This document shows, piece after piece, positions 1-12,607 of a stretch of 45,883 nt of DNA. Numbering within the stretch: position 1 is the first letter of the stretch; each line of letters opens with the position of its first letter. The DNA comes from Octopus sinensis. Its lineage: Eukaryota. A program made the translations under genes and the position numbers. The stretch is from NCBI RefSeq assembly GCF_006345805.1, contig NW_021834651.1, positions 1 to 45,883 on the forward strand, written 5' to 3'. The notes below the pieces were generated by a model that was given only the letters and a program-made list of their open reading frames with translations, was not told the DNA's origin and ran no database searches.

Positions 1-253
1 GCCAACTGCGAAGTGACGGGGACGTAAACACACCAGCATCGGTTGTCAAGCAATGCTAGGGGGACAAACACACACACGCATACATATATACGACGGGTTT
101 CTTTCAGTTTCCATCTACCAAATCCACTCAGAAGGCTTTGATCAGCGTGAGGCTATAGTAGAAGACACATGCCCAAGTTGCCACGCAGTGGGACTGAACC
201 CGGAACCATGCGGTTGGTAGGCAAACTACTTACCACAGAGTCACTCCTGCGCC
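1..253 (-). mobile_element. tRNA-headed SINE family A (head GGCGCAGGAGTGGCTGTGTGGTAAG, internal TA/TG microsatellite)
   Basis: A/B-box tRNA-like head and many near-identical copies in the window. Truncated by the window edge. Confidence 0.85.
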
Positions 254-299
254 TATCCTCGTATTCCCTTAATTGTTCTTTGTTTCCTTTATTGTCCAG

Positions 300-470
300 G
301 GCCTGGCTGAAGCCAACAAAGTCTTCTCCATGCCAACCTTCCAGTTTTTCCGGAACAAGGTGAAGATCGATGAGTTAAAGGGTTGCAACCCGAAGCCCCT
401 TAGAGAGAAGATCATGAAATACAGCAGCGGTGAGGACAGCATTGAGACTGACCCCAATGTGAAGGGCTAT
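300..470 (+). CDS. TXNL1: Thioredoxin-like protein 1, internal exon (end of Trx domain plus linker)
   Basis: Pyrimidine tract + ccAG|G acceptor and |GTAAGT donor. 171 nt, phase 0/0. Encodes GLAEANKVFSMPTFQFFRNKVKIDELKG...KGY, matching the TXNL1 PTFxFFRNKV..KGY segment. Earlier exons, including the CxxC active site, are outside the window. Confidence 0.93.
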
Positions 471-610
471 GTAAGTAACAACTGGGGCAGGTGTGCATCT
501 TGTCCCCACTTTCTTTTTTGTGGAGGTCGGGGTTGACTTCTTTTCTTTTTTTTACCTATTTTACCTCTTGAATGTTTTATGCATCGGATGTTAATTGCTG
601 ATGAGCCATG

Positions 611-1399
611 GGATCGTTTCCTTTTGAACGGCAGATGTCAACACAATTTCTAGTTAACTAAACACTTTTAAACTTCGTATACTGGTAGAATGGTTTATAA
701 AACATCATTTTTTTCTTGGCTTTATTGAGAAAATTCTAGAGTTTGTAACATATTTCGACTTTAATTTCAAGCATTTCGGCAATTTTAACCAATCGCTGAC
801 CTCCATTTGGGGTGAAAACATTCCGTGCTGTATGAATATGTCCCTCATTTAAGAAGCAGATTGGGTTTATTTACATTTGAGAAGAAAAAAAGATACCCTT
901 CCCCTAACCCTAACCCTAAATCTAAAATAGATTGAAATGCAATAGATCGATACTAGGGTTATAATTGTGGGTGACAATTTCATACGACACTGCTACGGAA
1001 AATGGGATTTTTTTTCTAGCGGTGTCAAATGAAAATGTCACCCATAATTATGGGCCTAGTATCGATCTATTGCATTTCAATCTATTTTAGATTTAGGGTT
1101 AGAGGTGGGGGAAGGGTATCTTTTTTTCTTCACAAATGTAAATAAACCCAATCTGCTTCTTAAACGAGGGACATATTCATACAGCACGGAATGTTTTCAC
1201 CCCAAATGGAGGTCAGCGATTGGTTAAAATTGCCGAAATGCTTGAAATTAAAGTGGAAATATGTTACAAACTATAGAATTTTCTCAATAAAGCCAAGAAA
1301 AAAATGTTTTATAAACACATTCTACCAGTATACGAAGTTTAAAAGTGTTTAGTTAACTAGAAATTGTGTTGACATCTGCCGTTCAAACGGAAAAGATCT
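611..1399. mobile_element. Near-fully palindromic MITE (hAT-like by TSD length) with internal TTAGGG tracts
   Basis: TIR GGATC(T/G)TTTCCTTTTGAACGGCAG. Arms of ~370 bp. 8-bp TSD GAGCCATG at 603-610 and 1400-1407. CCCTAA tract at ~902-919. Confidence 0.85.
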
Positions 1400-1492
1400 G
1401 AGCCATGTTGCCTGTTGTGCTTGCTTTTCTGTATGGTTTGGTTTCCGTTTTTCCTTCTTACTGCTTATCTGATTTCTTGATGTTTATTCCAG

Positions 1493-1615
1493 ATGGATCT
1501 TTATTCATTAATCAATGAGACTTGCTCAGAATGCCTCAATGAGTCGGACACAAATCCGTTTCACAACTGTCTGTTGAAGAATGGAGGCTACCTAGAATCT
1601 GACTGTGATGAACAG
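1493..1615 (+). CDS. TXNL1: TXNL1 exon (start of PITH domain)
   Basis: ttccAG|ATG...CAG|GTAAG. 123 nt, phase 0/0. Encodes MDLYSLINETCSECLNESD...YLESDCDEQ, with the PITH hallmarks ECLNES and LESDCDEQ. Confidence 0.95.
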
Positions 1616-1631
1616 GTAAGGTCTTTCTTCA

Positions 1632-2414
1632 TCTCTCTATATATAAAGCTGAAGTTATCTGTGTGATGGTATCCTTCAACTAACACTATCTCCTCCGAGA
1701 CCCTGCGGCGCAAGTTGACCAAAATTGAGAGTATGATAGAAGGCGGCTTGCTTTTCATTCCGTAGAAAAAAAATTCAAATCGGACCATGTTAAGACCAAA
1801 GATTATTTACATCAAAAAGGTGCTTTTTTTCTATGAAAATCCCGATTTTTTACGATTTTTTTTTACTGCTGTGTCGACATTTTTCGGTGTATTTCTACCA
1901 GAAAAATGTTCACTTAAAGAGAATAACAAGCTACATAATGCAACATTTTTACTTTTCAAAAATTCCAATTCTAAAGGGTCGAAACAAACCCGAGCAACGC
2001 TGGGCGATACTGCTAGTCTCTCTCTATATAAAGCTGAAGTTGTCTGTGTATGGCAGGTTTGGTAGCCTTCAAGTAACACTATCTGCTCTGAGACCCTGCG
2101 GCACAATTTGACCAAAATTGAGAGTATGATAGAAGAAAGCTTGCTCTTCCTTCCGTAGAAGAAAAAATTCAAATTAGACCATGTTAACACCAAAAATTAT
2201 TTACATAAAAAGGGTGCTTTTTTTCTATGAAAATCCCCATTTTTTACGATTTTTTGACTGCTGTGTCACCATTTTTCTATGTATTTTAACCAGAAAAATG
2301 TTCGCTTAAAGAGAATAACAAGATACATAATGCAAAATTTTTACTTTTCAGAAATTCCAATTCTAAAGGGTCGAAAAGAAAACAAGCCCGAGCAACGCCA
2401 GGCGATACTGCTAG
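1632..2414 (+). mobile_element. Two head-to-tail non-autonomous Helitrons (1632-2016, 2017-2414)
   Basis: Each starts TCTCTCTATATATAAAGCTG and ends with the hairpin CCCGAGCAACGC(C/T)(G/A)GG followed by CTAG. Flanked by A and T; no TSD. Confidence 0.75.
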
Positions 2415-2545
2415 TTTCAGATGTATTCTAATGATAGTCTGTCCATAAAACTTACACCGTACTTGCAACGTCTAATGCCAGCTGCAAAGGCACTCAAAAC
2501 AACCAGCAAAAGTATGCAACATGGTACCCGTTCGTACTTTGTCAT

Positions 2546-3706
2546 TCTTTTATTTGTTTCAGTCATTTGACTGTGGCCGTGCTGGAGCACTGCCTGTAGT
2601 TGAACAAATCAACTTACTCTTTGTAAGCCCAGTACTTATTCTATCAGTATCCTTTGCCGAAATGCAAAGTTACAGGGACATAAACATACCAACATTGGTT
2701 GTCAAGCGATGGTTGATGGACACACACACACACATATATAATCGACGGGCTTCTATCAGTTTCCGCCAACCAAATCTACTCGCAAGGCTTTGGTCATCCT
2801 GAGGCTGCAGTAGAAGACACTTGCCCAAGGCGCCACGCACTGGGACTGAACCCAGAACCATGTGGTAGGTAAGCAAGCTACTTACCACACAGCCACTCCT
2901 GCGCTTGCTACATTTGTGAGGGATTGCATGATAATGTCTGTAAGTTCAAATTCTGTTGGGGTTAACTTTGCCTTTCATCCTTACAGGGTCGATTAAATAA
3001 GTACCAGTTATGCACTGGGGGTCGATCTAATCAACTTAATCCCCTCTCCCAAGCTGCCTTTGTGGCAAAAGTTTGAATTCATTATTCTTGTTGTTGTTGT
3101 TTCAGCTTATCCTATTTGTGAGTTTCAACCAGCCAGTCCGGATACATTCGTTCAAATTGATGGGACCATTAGGTAAGTAAGAGACTTGAAATACCCCACT
3201 CACCTGTGGGGTATTTACATATTCATTTTGTTTACTACCTCTGTCTCTCTTGCCCAGGTAACCATGTGGTTCCTCTATAGCAAGACACTTATTTCTGCCT
3301 CTCTGTTTCTCTGTCACCCTCTTTTACTCTTTTACTTGTTTCAGTCATTTGACTGTGGCCATGCTGGAGCACCGCCTTTAGTCGATCAAATCGACCCCGG
3401 GACTTATTCTTTGTAAGCCTAGTACTTATTCTATCGGTCTCTTTTGCCGAACCGCTGAGTGACGGGGACGTAAACACACCAGCATCGGTTGTCAAACAAT
3501 GCTAGGGAGACAAACACAGACACACACACATATATGTACATATATACGACGGGCTTCTTTCAGTTTCCGTCTACCAAATCCACTCACAAGGCATTGATCG
3601 GCCCGGGGCTATAGCAGAAGACACTTGCCCAAGATGTCACACAGTGGGACTGAACCCGGAACCATGTGGTTGGTTAGCAAGCTACTTACCACACAGCCAC
3701 TCTTGC
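2546..3706 (-). mobile_element. SINE family A, two copies (2546-2904, 3321-3706) flanking TXNL1 exon 3106-3172
   Basis: Same head and ACTGAAACAAGTAAAAGA tail as the other copies. Confidence 0.85.
3106..3172 (+). CDS. TXNL1: TXNL1 exon (PITH domain)
   Basis: tttcAG|CTT...TTAG|GTAAGT. 67 nt, phase 0/1. Encodes LILFVSFNQPVRIHSFKLMGPL. Confidence 0.93.
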
Positions 3707-4827
3707 ACCCTCTAACCTTTCATCATCTGTACTGGATCATCTCCTCAAATGACCTCCCTCTGTTGTGGAAAGAATCCTGTATCTGCCTCGCTGTCATATT
3801 CTAACCCTTCACCCTCTGACACAATGCCCCCTCGCCTCTCAAAATCCCTTATCTTGCAGATTACTTGGTGATCCTGCCAGTGCTGGTGGCACATAAAAAA
3901 GGCATTCAGTCGACACTGTTAGGTGGTTGGCATTTGGAAGGGCATCAAGCAGTAAAAACCATGCCAAAACATACTCAGTAGCTGACTGGCTCTTGTCAAA
4001 CCATCTAACCCATGCCAACATAGAAGGCAGATGTTAAACAACAACGATGATGATGGTGATGATAAAACTTGATGGGAACTCATGCTGAGACAGATGTTGT
4101 ATCTTGGGACGGTCATCATGCCAATAATAAACACTCACTGGTCATGTTTCACTTCTTTTATTATTATTATTATTGAGTGAGAGAGCTGTGCATGCCATCA
4201 AAGTGACACGGGTAAAATATACGAAGCCCAGTATACCCATCATGACAACCCGTCTGATAAAGGTACACCAGGCACATGCATCACAACCATATGTGCGCAA
4301 CATGGTGATCTCATATCAAGATAAACAGCACATGACCTTGCAGGTGGGGCCCAGTTAGAATCTTCTTCTGGTCGAGTAGCCCATCCTGCTCAAACGGTCC
4401 CTGAATAAGGGTTGTTTAAGGATGTTGAACGAAACACCCATGTTTCCAGAGGTGAATTATTCAAACCCCAAAGAATCCCTCTCAATACATGGCTATGATG
4501 CTCCCCCACTACTTCTGCTCGAGATCAGAGATACACATATCGTCAGCCACTTAGGGACATGCTCAACTGGTTACGGTCAAACAACTGACAAGCAAATCTG
4601 TGGTATTGAGCAGAATATTTGCTGTAGCCCATCTTTTATACCAAGACAGAACAATGTACATGATGACACTTCCAATCAGTTAAGATCAGAAGCCATGAGA
4701 GCCACTGCCTGGTACTGCATCAGGGCATTTATTATCATTATTATTATTATTATTATTATTATTAATATTATTCTTATTCTTCTTCTTATTATATTATCAT
4801 TATTATTATTATATTATTATTATTAAA

Positions 4828-5970
4828 CAAATCAAAATAGATGAACATCAATGGAATCTGTATCTTTGTGGTACCAGTGCCGGTGGCGCACACACTTTGT
4901 GGTACCAGTGCCGGTGGCACACAAGAGAACCATCCGAACGTGGCCGTAGCCAGTTCCGCATCGACCGGCCTCCGTGCTGTGGGCACGTAACAAACACCAT
5001 CCGATCATGGCCGTTCGCCAGCCTTATCTGGCACCTGTGTCGGTGGCACATAAAAACACCTTCCGAAGACCCAGCAAGACTAGTCAGTCCACCTGTGCAT
5101 ACCTTCCTTCTTGTGACACTTGTGAAGACCGTTTGAGGCAAGTGAAAATCAAATCAAATCAAAATAGACAAAATGATGAACATCAATGGAATTTGTATCT
5201 TGTGGTACCAGTGCCTGTGGCACACAAGAAATCCATCAGTGCCGTAGTCAGTGCGGTGGGCACATGACAAACACCATCCGATCGTGGCCGTTCGCCAGCC
5301 TCATCTAGCACCGTGTCGTGGCACATAAAAACCCATCCGAAGACCCGGCAAGACTAGTCAGGCCATAACCCATGACCCCCCCCCTACCTGGGACGTAGTC
5401 AGTCCACCTGTGCATACCTTCCTTCTTGTGACACTTGTGAAGACCTGTTGAGGCAAGTGAAAATCAAACAAAAATCAAAATAGATGAACATCAATGGAAT
5501 TTGTATCTTTGTGGTACCAGTGCCGGTGGCATGTGGCACATAAGAAAACCATCCGACGTGGCCGTAGCCAGTACCGCATCGACTGGCCTCCGTGCTGTGG
5601 GCATGTAACAGCACCATCCGATCGTGGCCGTTTGCCAGCCTCATCTGGCACCTGTGTCGGTGGTGGCACATAAAAAACACCATCCGAGCGTGGCCGTCTG
5701 CCGCCTCGTCTGGCACCTGTGTCGGTGGCACATAAAAAACACCATCCGAGCGTGGCCGTTTGCCAGCCTCGTCTGGCACCTGTGTCGGTAGCACATAAAA
5801 TCATCCACTACACTCTCGGAGTGGTTGGCGTTAGGAAGGGCATCCAGCTGTAGAAACACTGCCAGATCTGACTGGATGGTGCAGTTTTCGGGCTCCCCAG
5901 ACCCCAGTTGAACCGTCCAACCCATGCTAGCATGGAAGCGGACGTTAAATGATGATGATGATGATGATGA
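4828..5970 (+). repeat. Family B retroposon-like repeat: ~320-bp tandem units, ~55-60-bp subrepeats, (GAT)n tail
   Basis: AATCAAAATAGATGAACATCAATGG occurs 3 times (~4830, 5158, 5472). GTGCCGGTGGCAC subrepeats. Tail TTAGGAAGGGCATCC...(GAT)n. Confidence 0.75.
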
Positions 5971-6020
5971 TTATTATTATTATCATCATTATTATTATTA
6001 TTATATTATTATTATTATCA

Positions 6021-6051
<31 letters not shown>

Positions 6052-6519
6052 CATCATCATTATTATTATTATTATATTATTATTATTATTATTATTATTA
6101 TTACTACTATTATTATTATTATTATCATTATTATTATTATTATCATTATTATTATATTATTATTATTATTATTATTCTTATTATTCTTCTTATTATTATT
6201 ATATTATTATCATTATTATTATTATTATTCATTATATTATTATATTATTATTATTATTATTATTATATTATTATCATTATATTATTATTATCATTATTAT
6301 TATTATTATCTTATTATTATATTATTATTATATTATTATTATTATATTATTATTATTATCATTATTATTATTATTATCATCATCATATATTATTATTATT
6401 ATATTATTATTATTATCATTATTATTATATTATTATTATTATTATTATTCTTCTTATTATTATTATTATTATCATATTATATTATTATCATTATTATTAT
6501 TATTATCATATTATTATAT

Positions 6520-6552
<33 letters not shown>

Positions 6553-7279
6553 CATATTATTTTATTATATTATTATCATTATATTATTATTATCATTATT
6601 ATTATTATTATCATTATTATTATATTATTATTATTATTATTATTATTATATTATTATTATTATCATATTATTATATTATTATTATCATCATCATTCTTTA
6701 TTATATATTATTATTATTATATATTATTATTATCATTATTATTATATTATTATTATTATTCTTATTATTATTATTATTATTATATTATTATCATTATTAT
6801 TATTATTATCATTATTATTATTATTATCATTATTATTATATTATTATTCTTATTATTATTATTATTATTATATTATTATCATTATTATTATTATTATCAT
6901 TATTATTATTATTATCATTATTATTATATTATTATTATTATTATTATTCTTATATTATTATTATTATCATCATTATTATTATTATTATTATTATCATCAT
7001 TATTATTATTATTATATTATTATTATCATTATTATTATATTATTATTATTATTATTCTTATTCTTATTATTATTATTATATTATTATCATTATTATTATT
7101 ATTATCATTATTATTATTATTATCATTATTATTATATTATTATTATTATTATTATTCTTATTATTCTTATTATTATTATTATTATATTATTATCAGTATT
7201 ATTATTATTATCATTATTATTATTATTATCATTATTATTATATTATTATTATTATTATTCTTATTATTATTATTATTAA
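5950..7279. repeat. Degenerate (ATT)n microsatellite, ~1.33 kb
   Basis: ATT array interrupted by ATC/CTT variants, in the TXNL1 intron. Confidence 0.97.
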
Positions 7280-7519
7280 TTTAGCATGCCAGGCGAAATG
7301 CTTAGCAACATTTTGTCCATCTTGAATAAAATAGAAATCAAAAGGGTCTATCGATAAAAAAAAAAGGTAAGGAGCCACTGGTCTAGTGACTCTGGTAAAA
7401 AAAGTATTCTTGTTGGTCACTTGCCCCTCTCCTGAACGTGCTGGCCTTGTACCAAAATTTGAAAGCATTATCTAGGTTGTTGTTGTTGGTAATATTGTTA
7501 TTTTGTATATTATATTCAG

Positions 7520-7692
7520 AAAATGGGCCCAAAAATATAAAACTGTTTATAAACCAGCCACGGACCCTTGACTTTGACCAGGCTGAAAACATGGAACCTG
7601 TCCAGGCCCTGAGTATAGAAGCATCAGACTTAGAAAATTGTACGACCATTCCACTGCGCTATGTCAAGTTCCAGAATGTTCAGAACATCACA
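7520..7692 (+). CDS. TXNL1: TXNL1 exon (PITH domain)
   Basis: ttcAG|AA...ACA|GTAAGT. 173 nt, phase 1/0. Encodes (E)NGPKNIKLFINQPRTLDFDQAE...IPLRYVKFQNVQNIT. Confidence 0.96.
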
Positions 7693-7716
7693 GTAAGTAT
7701 ACAGATATATATATAT

Positions 7717-7756
<40 letters not shown>

Positions 7757-7758
7757 TA

Positions 7759-8337
7759 TTCTTTTACTTGTTTCAGTCATTTGACTGCGTCCATGCTGGA
7801 GCACCGCCTTTAGTCGAGCAAATCGACCCCAGGACTTATTCTTTGTAAGCCTAGTACTTATTCTATCGGTCTCTTTTGCCAAACCGCTAAGTAACGGGGA
7901 CATAAACACACCAGCATCGGTTGTCAAGCAATGCTAGTGGGACAAACACAGACACACAAACGCATATATATATATATATATACATATATACGATGGGCTT
8001 CTTTCAGTTTCCGTCTACCAAATCCACTCACAAGGCTTTAGTTGGCCCGAGGCTATAGTAGAAGACACTTGTCCAAGGTGCCACGCAGTGGGACTGAACC
8101 CGGAACCATGTGGTTCGTAAGCAAGCTACTTACCACACAGCCACTCCTGCGCCTATATATATATATATATATACGATGGGCTTCTTTCAGTTTCCGTCTA
8201 CCAAATCCACTCACAAGGCTTTGGTCGGCCTGAGGCTGTAGTAGAAGACACTTGCCCAAGGTGCCACGCAGTGGGACTGAACCCGGAACCATGTGGTTGG
8301 TAAACAAGCTACTTACCACACAGCCACTCCTGCACCT
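7759..8337 (-). mobile_element. SINE family A with duplicated head half
   Basis: Full copy at 7759-8153 plus a second head segment at 8170-8337. Confidence 0.85.
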
Positions 8338-8451
8338 ATATATACATATCACAAAAAAAATGCATCCAGTACACTGTAAAGTGGCTGGTGTTATACCAGC
8401 ACACACACACACACACATGAGAGGACGTGCTGAAAAAGTTCCTGGCTTTAA

Positions 8452-8672
8452 CCCTTTTGTTACTGTATTTATTTTGAGATGCTCTGTGTCTCTTCCATTT
8501 ATTTTAAATATAACAAAGAATTTAGTAAAATAACTTAGTTATCATTAAACAAGTGTTAGGAACATAAATTGCGACTAAGGTTTGGTGGTATATTTTAAGT
8601 CAAAACTTATCTAAACAAGACATTTGTACTACAGAGTCAGAGCCAGTTTCAGCCGGGTTGGTAACGAAAGGG
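8452..8672. mobile_element. piggyBac-like MITE
   Basis: TTAA|CCCTTT...AAAGGG|TTAA. Same family as the copies at 45373-45833, in the opposite orientation. Confidence 0.8.
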
Positions 8673-9321
8673 TTAAGGGTATCATGAAGGGCTTGGCTGA
8701 AGGCCCAATTTGCCAAGTTTTTTTTTTACAGTGTTTAGAAAAGCTGAAGGACTGCTACAGTTTTTCCTTTGTAGTTTTTAACAGTCATTGGACTGTGGCC
8801 ATACTGGGGCACTGCCTTAAAAAGTTTAGTTGAACACATCAACCCTAGTAAGCTTTCTTTGTTTGTTTGTTTTTGTTAAGCCTAGCACTTATTCTATTAG
8901 TGTCTTTTTCACTGCACCTCAAAAGTTACCGGGACGTAAACAAACCAACTCCGGTTGTCAAGCAGTGGTGTGGCAAACCAAAAGAGATACACACACACAA
9001 AACAGGCTTCTTTCAGTTTCCCTCACCAAAACCACTCGCAAAGCTTTGACCAGTCCAGGGCTGTTGTAGAAAACATTTGGGATCCCGGTACGGGATGATG
9101 TCTGTCTCTCTATATTTTTTCCCCTGACGAAGGAGTTATTATTGTGATGCACCCTAGTGCTTTAAATACAGTAATGTACCCCTGAAATGGCCATAGGGAA
9201 TGTAAATATGGTTTCTTCTTTTTTGCTTGGACACTGGCTTATAACAATAGGTTTCCCTTATCTGAAAAGTATTTAAAAAAATTTTCTAAACGATGAACTT
9301 TTACTTTACATTATATATTAT

Positions 9322-9711
9322 ACTAGCAATATCGCCCGGGTTTGTAAGGGAAATAACTATATAAGCATTTTTAGATAGTTATAGCCAAAAAATAGCAAAA
9401 AAATGCATTAAAAATGGGAAAAAAATGATGGTAAATTTTTTTTTAAATCGTTGACTCACCATAAACATTTTTAGAGAGTTACTTCCCTTATATAATATCG
9501 AGAAAATGCATTAGAATGGAAAAAAATGATGGTAAATTTGTTTAAAAATCGTAGACTCATCGTACACGCGCACTAATACCCAGAAGGGTTCGATATGAAT
9601 CATGACTATAAGATACCCGGTTTTGGTTAAACTGCACCGCAAAATGTGGGAGTAGTTAGGAATCTAAATCGTAGGAGACAGACACACAACTTCTCTTTTA
9701 TATATAAAGAT
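9322..9711 (-). mobile_element. Non-autonomous Helitron
   Basis: Reverse complement of the CTAG end at ~9322 (tactagc...atcgcccggg) and of the TCTTTATATATAAAAG start at ~9711. Confidence 0.65.
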
Positions 9712-9991
9712 ATTGCTTATTTATATGCTTCCTATATATACATATATATTTTTATATACATCGATTTTTGCACCTGCATGATGAATTTCGGATCAGAAAT
9801 AGCGCAGTTCAATTTTCATTCACCTAAACTTTAAGTGACCCATTTTTGGTGGTTCTACGATTTGCTGGCTAAGAGGAGATGTGCCGGGAAGTTAAACACA
9901 CAGACACACACACATGTTGAGTTTTATATATATAGATAACTTTTTGTGTTTTGCTTTTATTCTTTCTTTTTTTCTCCATCTCTCCCCACAG

Positions 9992-10096
9992 ATATTCATG
10001 AAAGACAATCAGCAAGGAATGGACACAACACAACTAGATTACTTGTGTTTTATAGGAACCCCCGTATCTTCAACAGATATGTCTGATTTCAAAAGG
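9992..10096 (+). CDS. TXNL1: TXNL1 exon (PITH domain end)
   Basis: ccccacAG|ATA...AGG|GTACGT. 105 nt, phase 0/0. Encodes IFMKDNQQGMDTTQLDYLCFIGTPVSSTDMSDFKR. Confidence 0.95.
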
Positions 10097-10281
10097 GTAC
10101 GTCAGTTTATTCTCCCCATTTTCTTCTTTCTCTCCTTTCCAGTCAGTTCTCTCTAACTGCTGGGTGGAAGCATTAAATCTCTGCAGATCGATCAATCAGT
10201 TAATGATCTGTTTACAAATGCTGGTCGTCAGTAAACTGTAACGACCATCATCATTAGTGTCCTACACTATCATTGTTACTA

Positions 10282-10858
10282 CCTATTTCTTTATTACCCC
10301 ACAAGGGGCTAAACACAGAGGGGACAAACAAGGACAGACATAGGTATTAAGTCGATTACATCGATCCCAGTGTGTAACTGGTACTTAATTTATCGACCCC
10401 GAAAGGATGAAAGGCAAAGTCGACCTCGGAGGAATTTGAACTCAGAACATAAAGACAGACGAAATAACCTATTTCTTTACTACCCACAAGGGGCTAAACA
10501 CAGAGGGGACAAACAAGGACAGACAAACGGATTAAGTCGATTATATCGACCCCAGTGCGTAACTGGTACTTAATTTATCGACCCCGAAAGGATGAAAAGC
10601 AAAGTCGACCTCGGAGGAATTTGAACTCACAACATAGCGGCAGATAAAATACCTATTTCTTTATTACCCACAAGGGGCTAAACATAGAGGGGACAAACAA
10701 GGACAGACATAGGTATTAATTCGATTACATCGATCCCAGTGTGTAACTGGTACTTAATTTATCGACCCCGAAAGGATGAAAGGCAAAGTCGACCTCGGAG
10801 GAATTTGAACTCAGAACGTAAGGGTAGACGAAATACGGCTACGCATTTCGCCCGGCGT
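10282..10858 (-). mobile_element. SINE family C concatemer (3 bodies + 1 head)
   Basis: ~180-bp unit repeated head-to-tail through a GAAATACCTATTTC junction. Single head remnant at ~10830-10858. Confidence 0.8.
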
Positions 10859-11394
10859 ACTAACGTTACTACCACCACCATAGTCATCATCATCATCACC
10901 ACCATCATCATTATCACCATGCTTTGCTTTCCCTGTCACGAGCCCTTGTCTATTTCCAAAGAAGTCTGTATTTTCCCTAATCCTTCAGTGGGAACATGAT
11001 GACCAGGCATGTTTTCACGGAAGATTGCAAACGAACAACACTGCTTACATGAAGGGGATGTTTCTTTACAACAAGTGCACAATGCCTGCAGCACAAGGAA
11101 ATACATACTACATAGTGATGATGATGATACACATACGGTACAAAAAAATGTACATACTCTTTACTCTTTTACTTGTTTCAGTCATTTGACTGCGGCCAGT
11201 AAAAGTAAAAGAGTAAAGAGAGTAAGAGTATATATATATGATGCATGATTAATTAAAACAATGTGAATGAAAAAGATTACATTTGACAGTAATTAATGAA
11301 TGCTAAAGGGTTAATGAATCTGTCAGGATTGTGACAGTCCTAAGACACACACACACACAGATGTGCATGCACATACGCACACATACAGATATGC

Positions 11395-11955
11395 ATGCGG
11401 TGGCACGTAAAAAGCACCATCCGACTGTGGCCGTTCGCCAGCCTCGCCTGGCCCCCATGCCGGTGGCACGTAAAAAGCACCACCCAATCGTGTCCATTTG
11501 CCAGCCTCGTCTGGCCCCCATGCCGGTGGCACGTAAAAAGCACCATCCGTCCATGGCCGTTTGCCAGCCTCGCCTGGCACCTGTGGCGGTGGCACGTAAA
11601 AAGCACCATCCGTCCGTGGATGTTTGCCAGCCTCGTCTGGCCCCCATGCCGGTGGCACGTAAAAAGCACCATCCGTCCGTGGATGTTTGCCAGCCTCGTC
11701 TGGCCCCCATGCCGGTGGCACGTAAAAAGCACCATCCGTCCGTGGCCATTTCCCAGCCCCGTCTGGCACCTGTGGCGGTGGCACATAAAAAGCACCCACT
11801 ACACTCATGGAGTGGTTGGCGTTAGGAAGGGCATCCAGCCGTAGAAACATTGCCAGATCAGACTGGGCCTGATGCAGCCTTCTGGATTCCCAGACCCTAG
11901 TTGCACCGTCCAACCCATGCCAGCATGGAAAGCGGACGCTAAATGATGATGATGA
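11395..11955 (+). repeat. Family B element with a 61-bp minisatellite (~6 units)
   Basis: GGTGGCACGTAAAAAGCACC recurs every 61 bp, with a (GAT)n tail. Related copies or tails at 13245-13446, 16826-17010, 23860-24012, 38527-38948, 40320-40680 and 41172-41328. Confidence 0.8.
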
Positions 11956-12082
11956 TACACACGGACATAGTCCCAGATATGTACACCTGCATGCACGCAC
12001 ACATGCACTCACAAACACTCAGACATTTGAAACACACACACACAGACACCTGTATTTAACCCTTTATTCTTCTTTGTTTCAG

Positions 12083-12112
12083 GTTGCTGGTAAGAAAGGT
12101 GAAAGCCATTAG
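12083..12112 (+). CDS. TXNL1: TXNL1 terminal coding exon VAGKKGESH-stop
   Basis: ctttgtttcAG|GTT GCT GGT AAG AAA GGT GAA AGC CAT TAG, matching the conserved TXNL1 C-terminus GKKGESH. Confidence 0.95.
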   Translation, partial: VAGKKGESH

Positions 12113-12601
12113 AAGAGGAAGGAAAAGAAAAGTAAAAAAAAAAACAAGCAATGCTCCAGCTGGTATACTGCAATGTTCCCCCCTCTCCCCCATAAAGAGA
12201 TTTCTTTTTCCTCTCCCTCTCTGAAATGCAATCGTCTGAACTGATTTCTACTGATATCCGGTCAAAAAATGAGTGTCAGCTGATGAAGGGGAACTGTTTT
12301 CATTTTTTTTTTTTCCTTTCTTGTTTCCTATTTGTTTATATTTCCTGACCCCACTCTCCCACTGTCTTAGTGTGTGCAGTGGTAAATTTACAGCCCCTCG
12401 TTCCTTGTCCCCCCTTTCTCTCTAAACCCACTCCTAACTCCTCTTTGTTTCTTGTCTTGGCTTCTTTCCCCCCCCCCGACCCCAACTCTCTCCCTCCCCT
12501 GTTTCCAGCCCTTTGCCACTTCTTTTTCTCCATTTCTTCCTCCTCTGAACACTTCCAACACTTCAATCTTTTTTTTTATTAATACAACAGAGAAAACATC
12601 A

Positions 12602-12607
12602 AATAAA
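12602..12607 (+). terminator. Candidate polyadenylation signal for TXNL1
   Basis: AATAAA about 490 nt after the stop, followed by a T-rich tract. Not verified. Confidence 0.4.

Noticed and set aside
5924-7325. 207-aa and 458-aa ORFs rich in I/L/Y
   Set aside because: Translations of the (ATT)n microsatellite; no stop codons arise in those frames by composition.
11395-11800. Regularly spaced palindromic GTGCC-GGT-GGCAC motif resembling a CRISPR array
   Set aside because: The 'spacers' are near-identical to each other (61-bp tandem unit). It is part of a dispersed eukaryotic repeat, and no cas genes are present.
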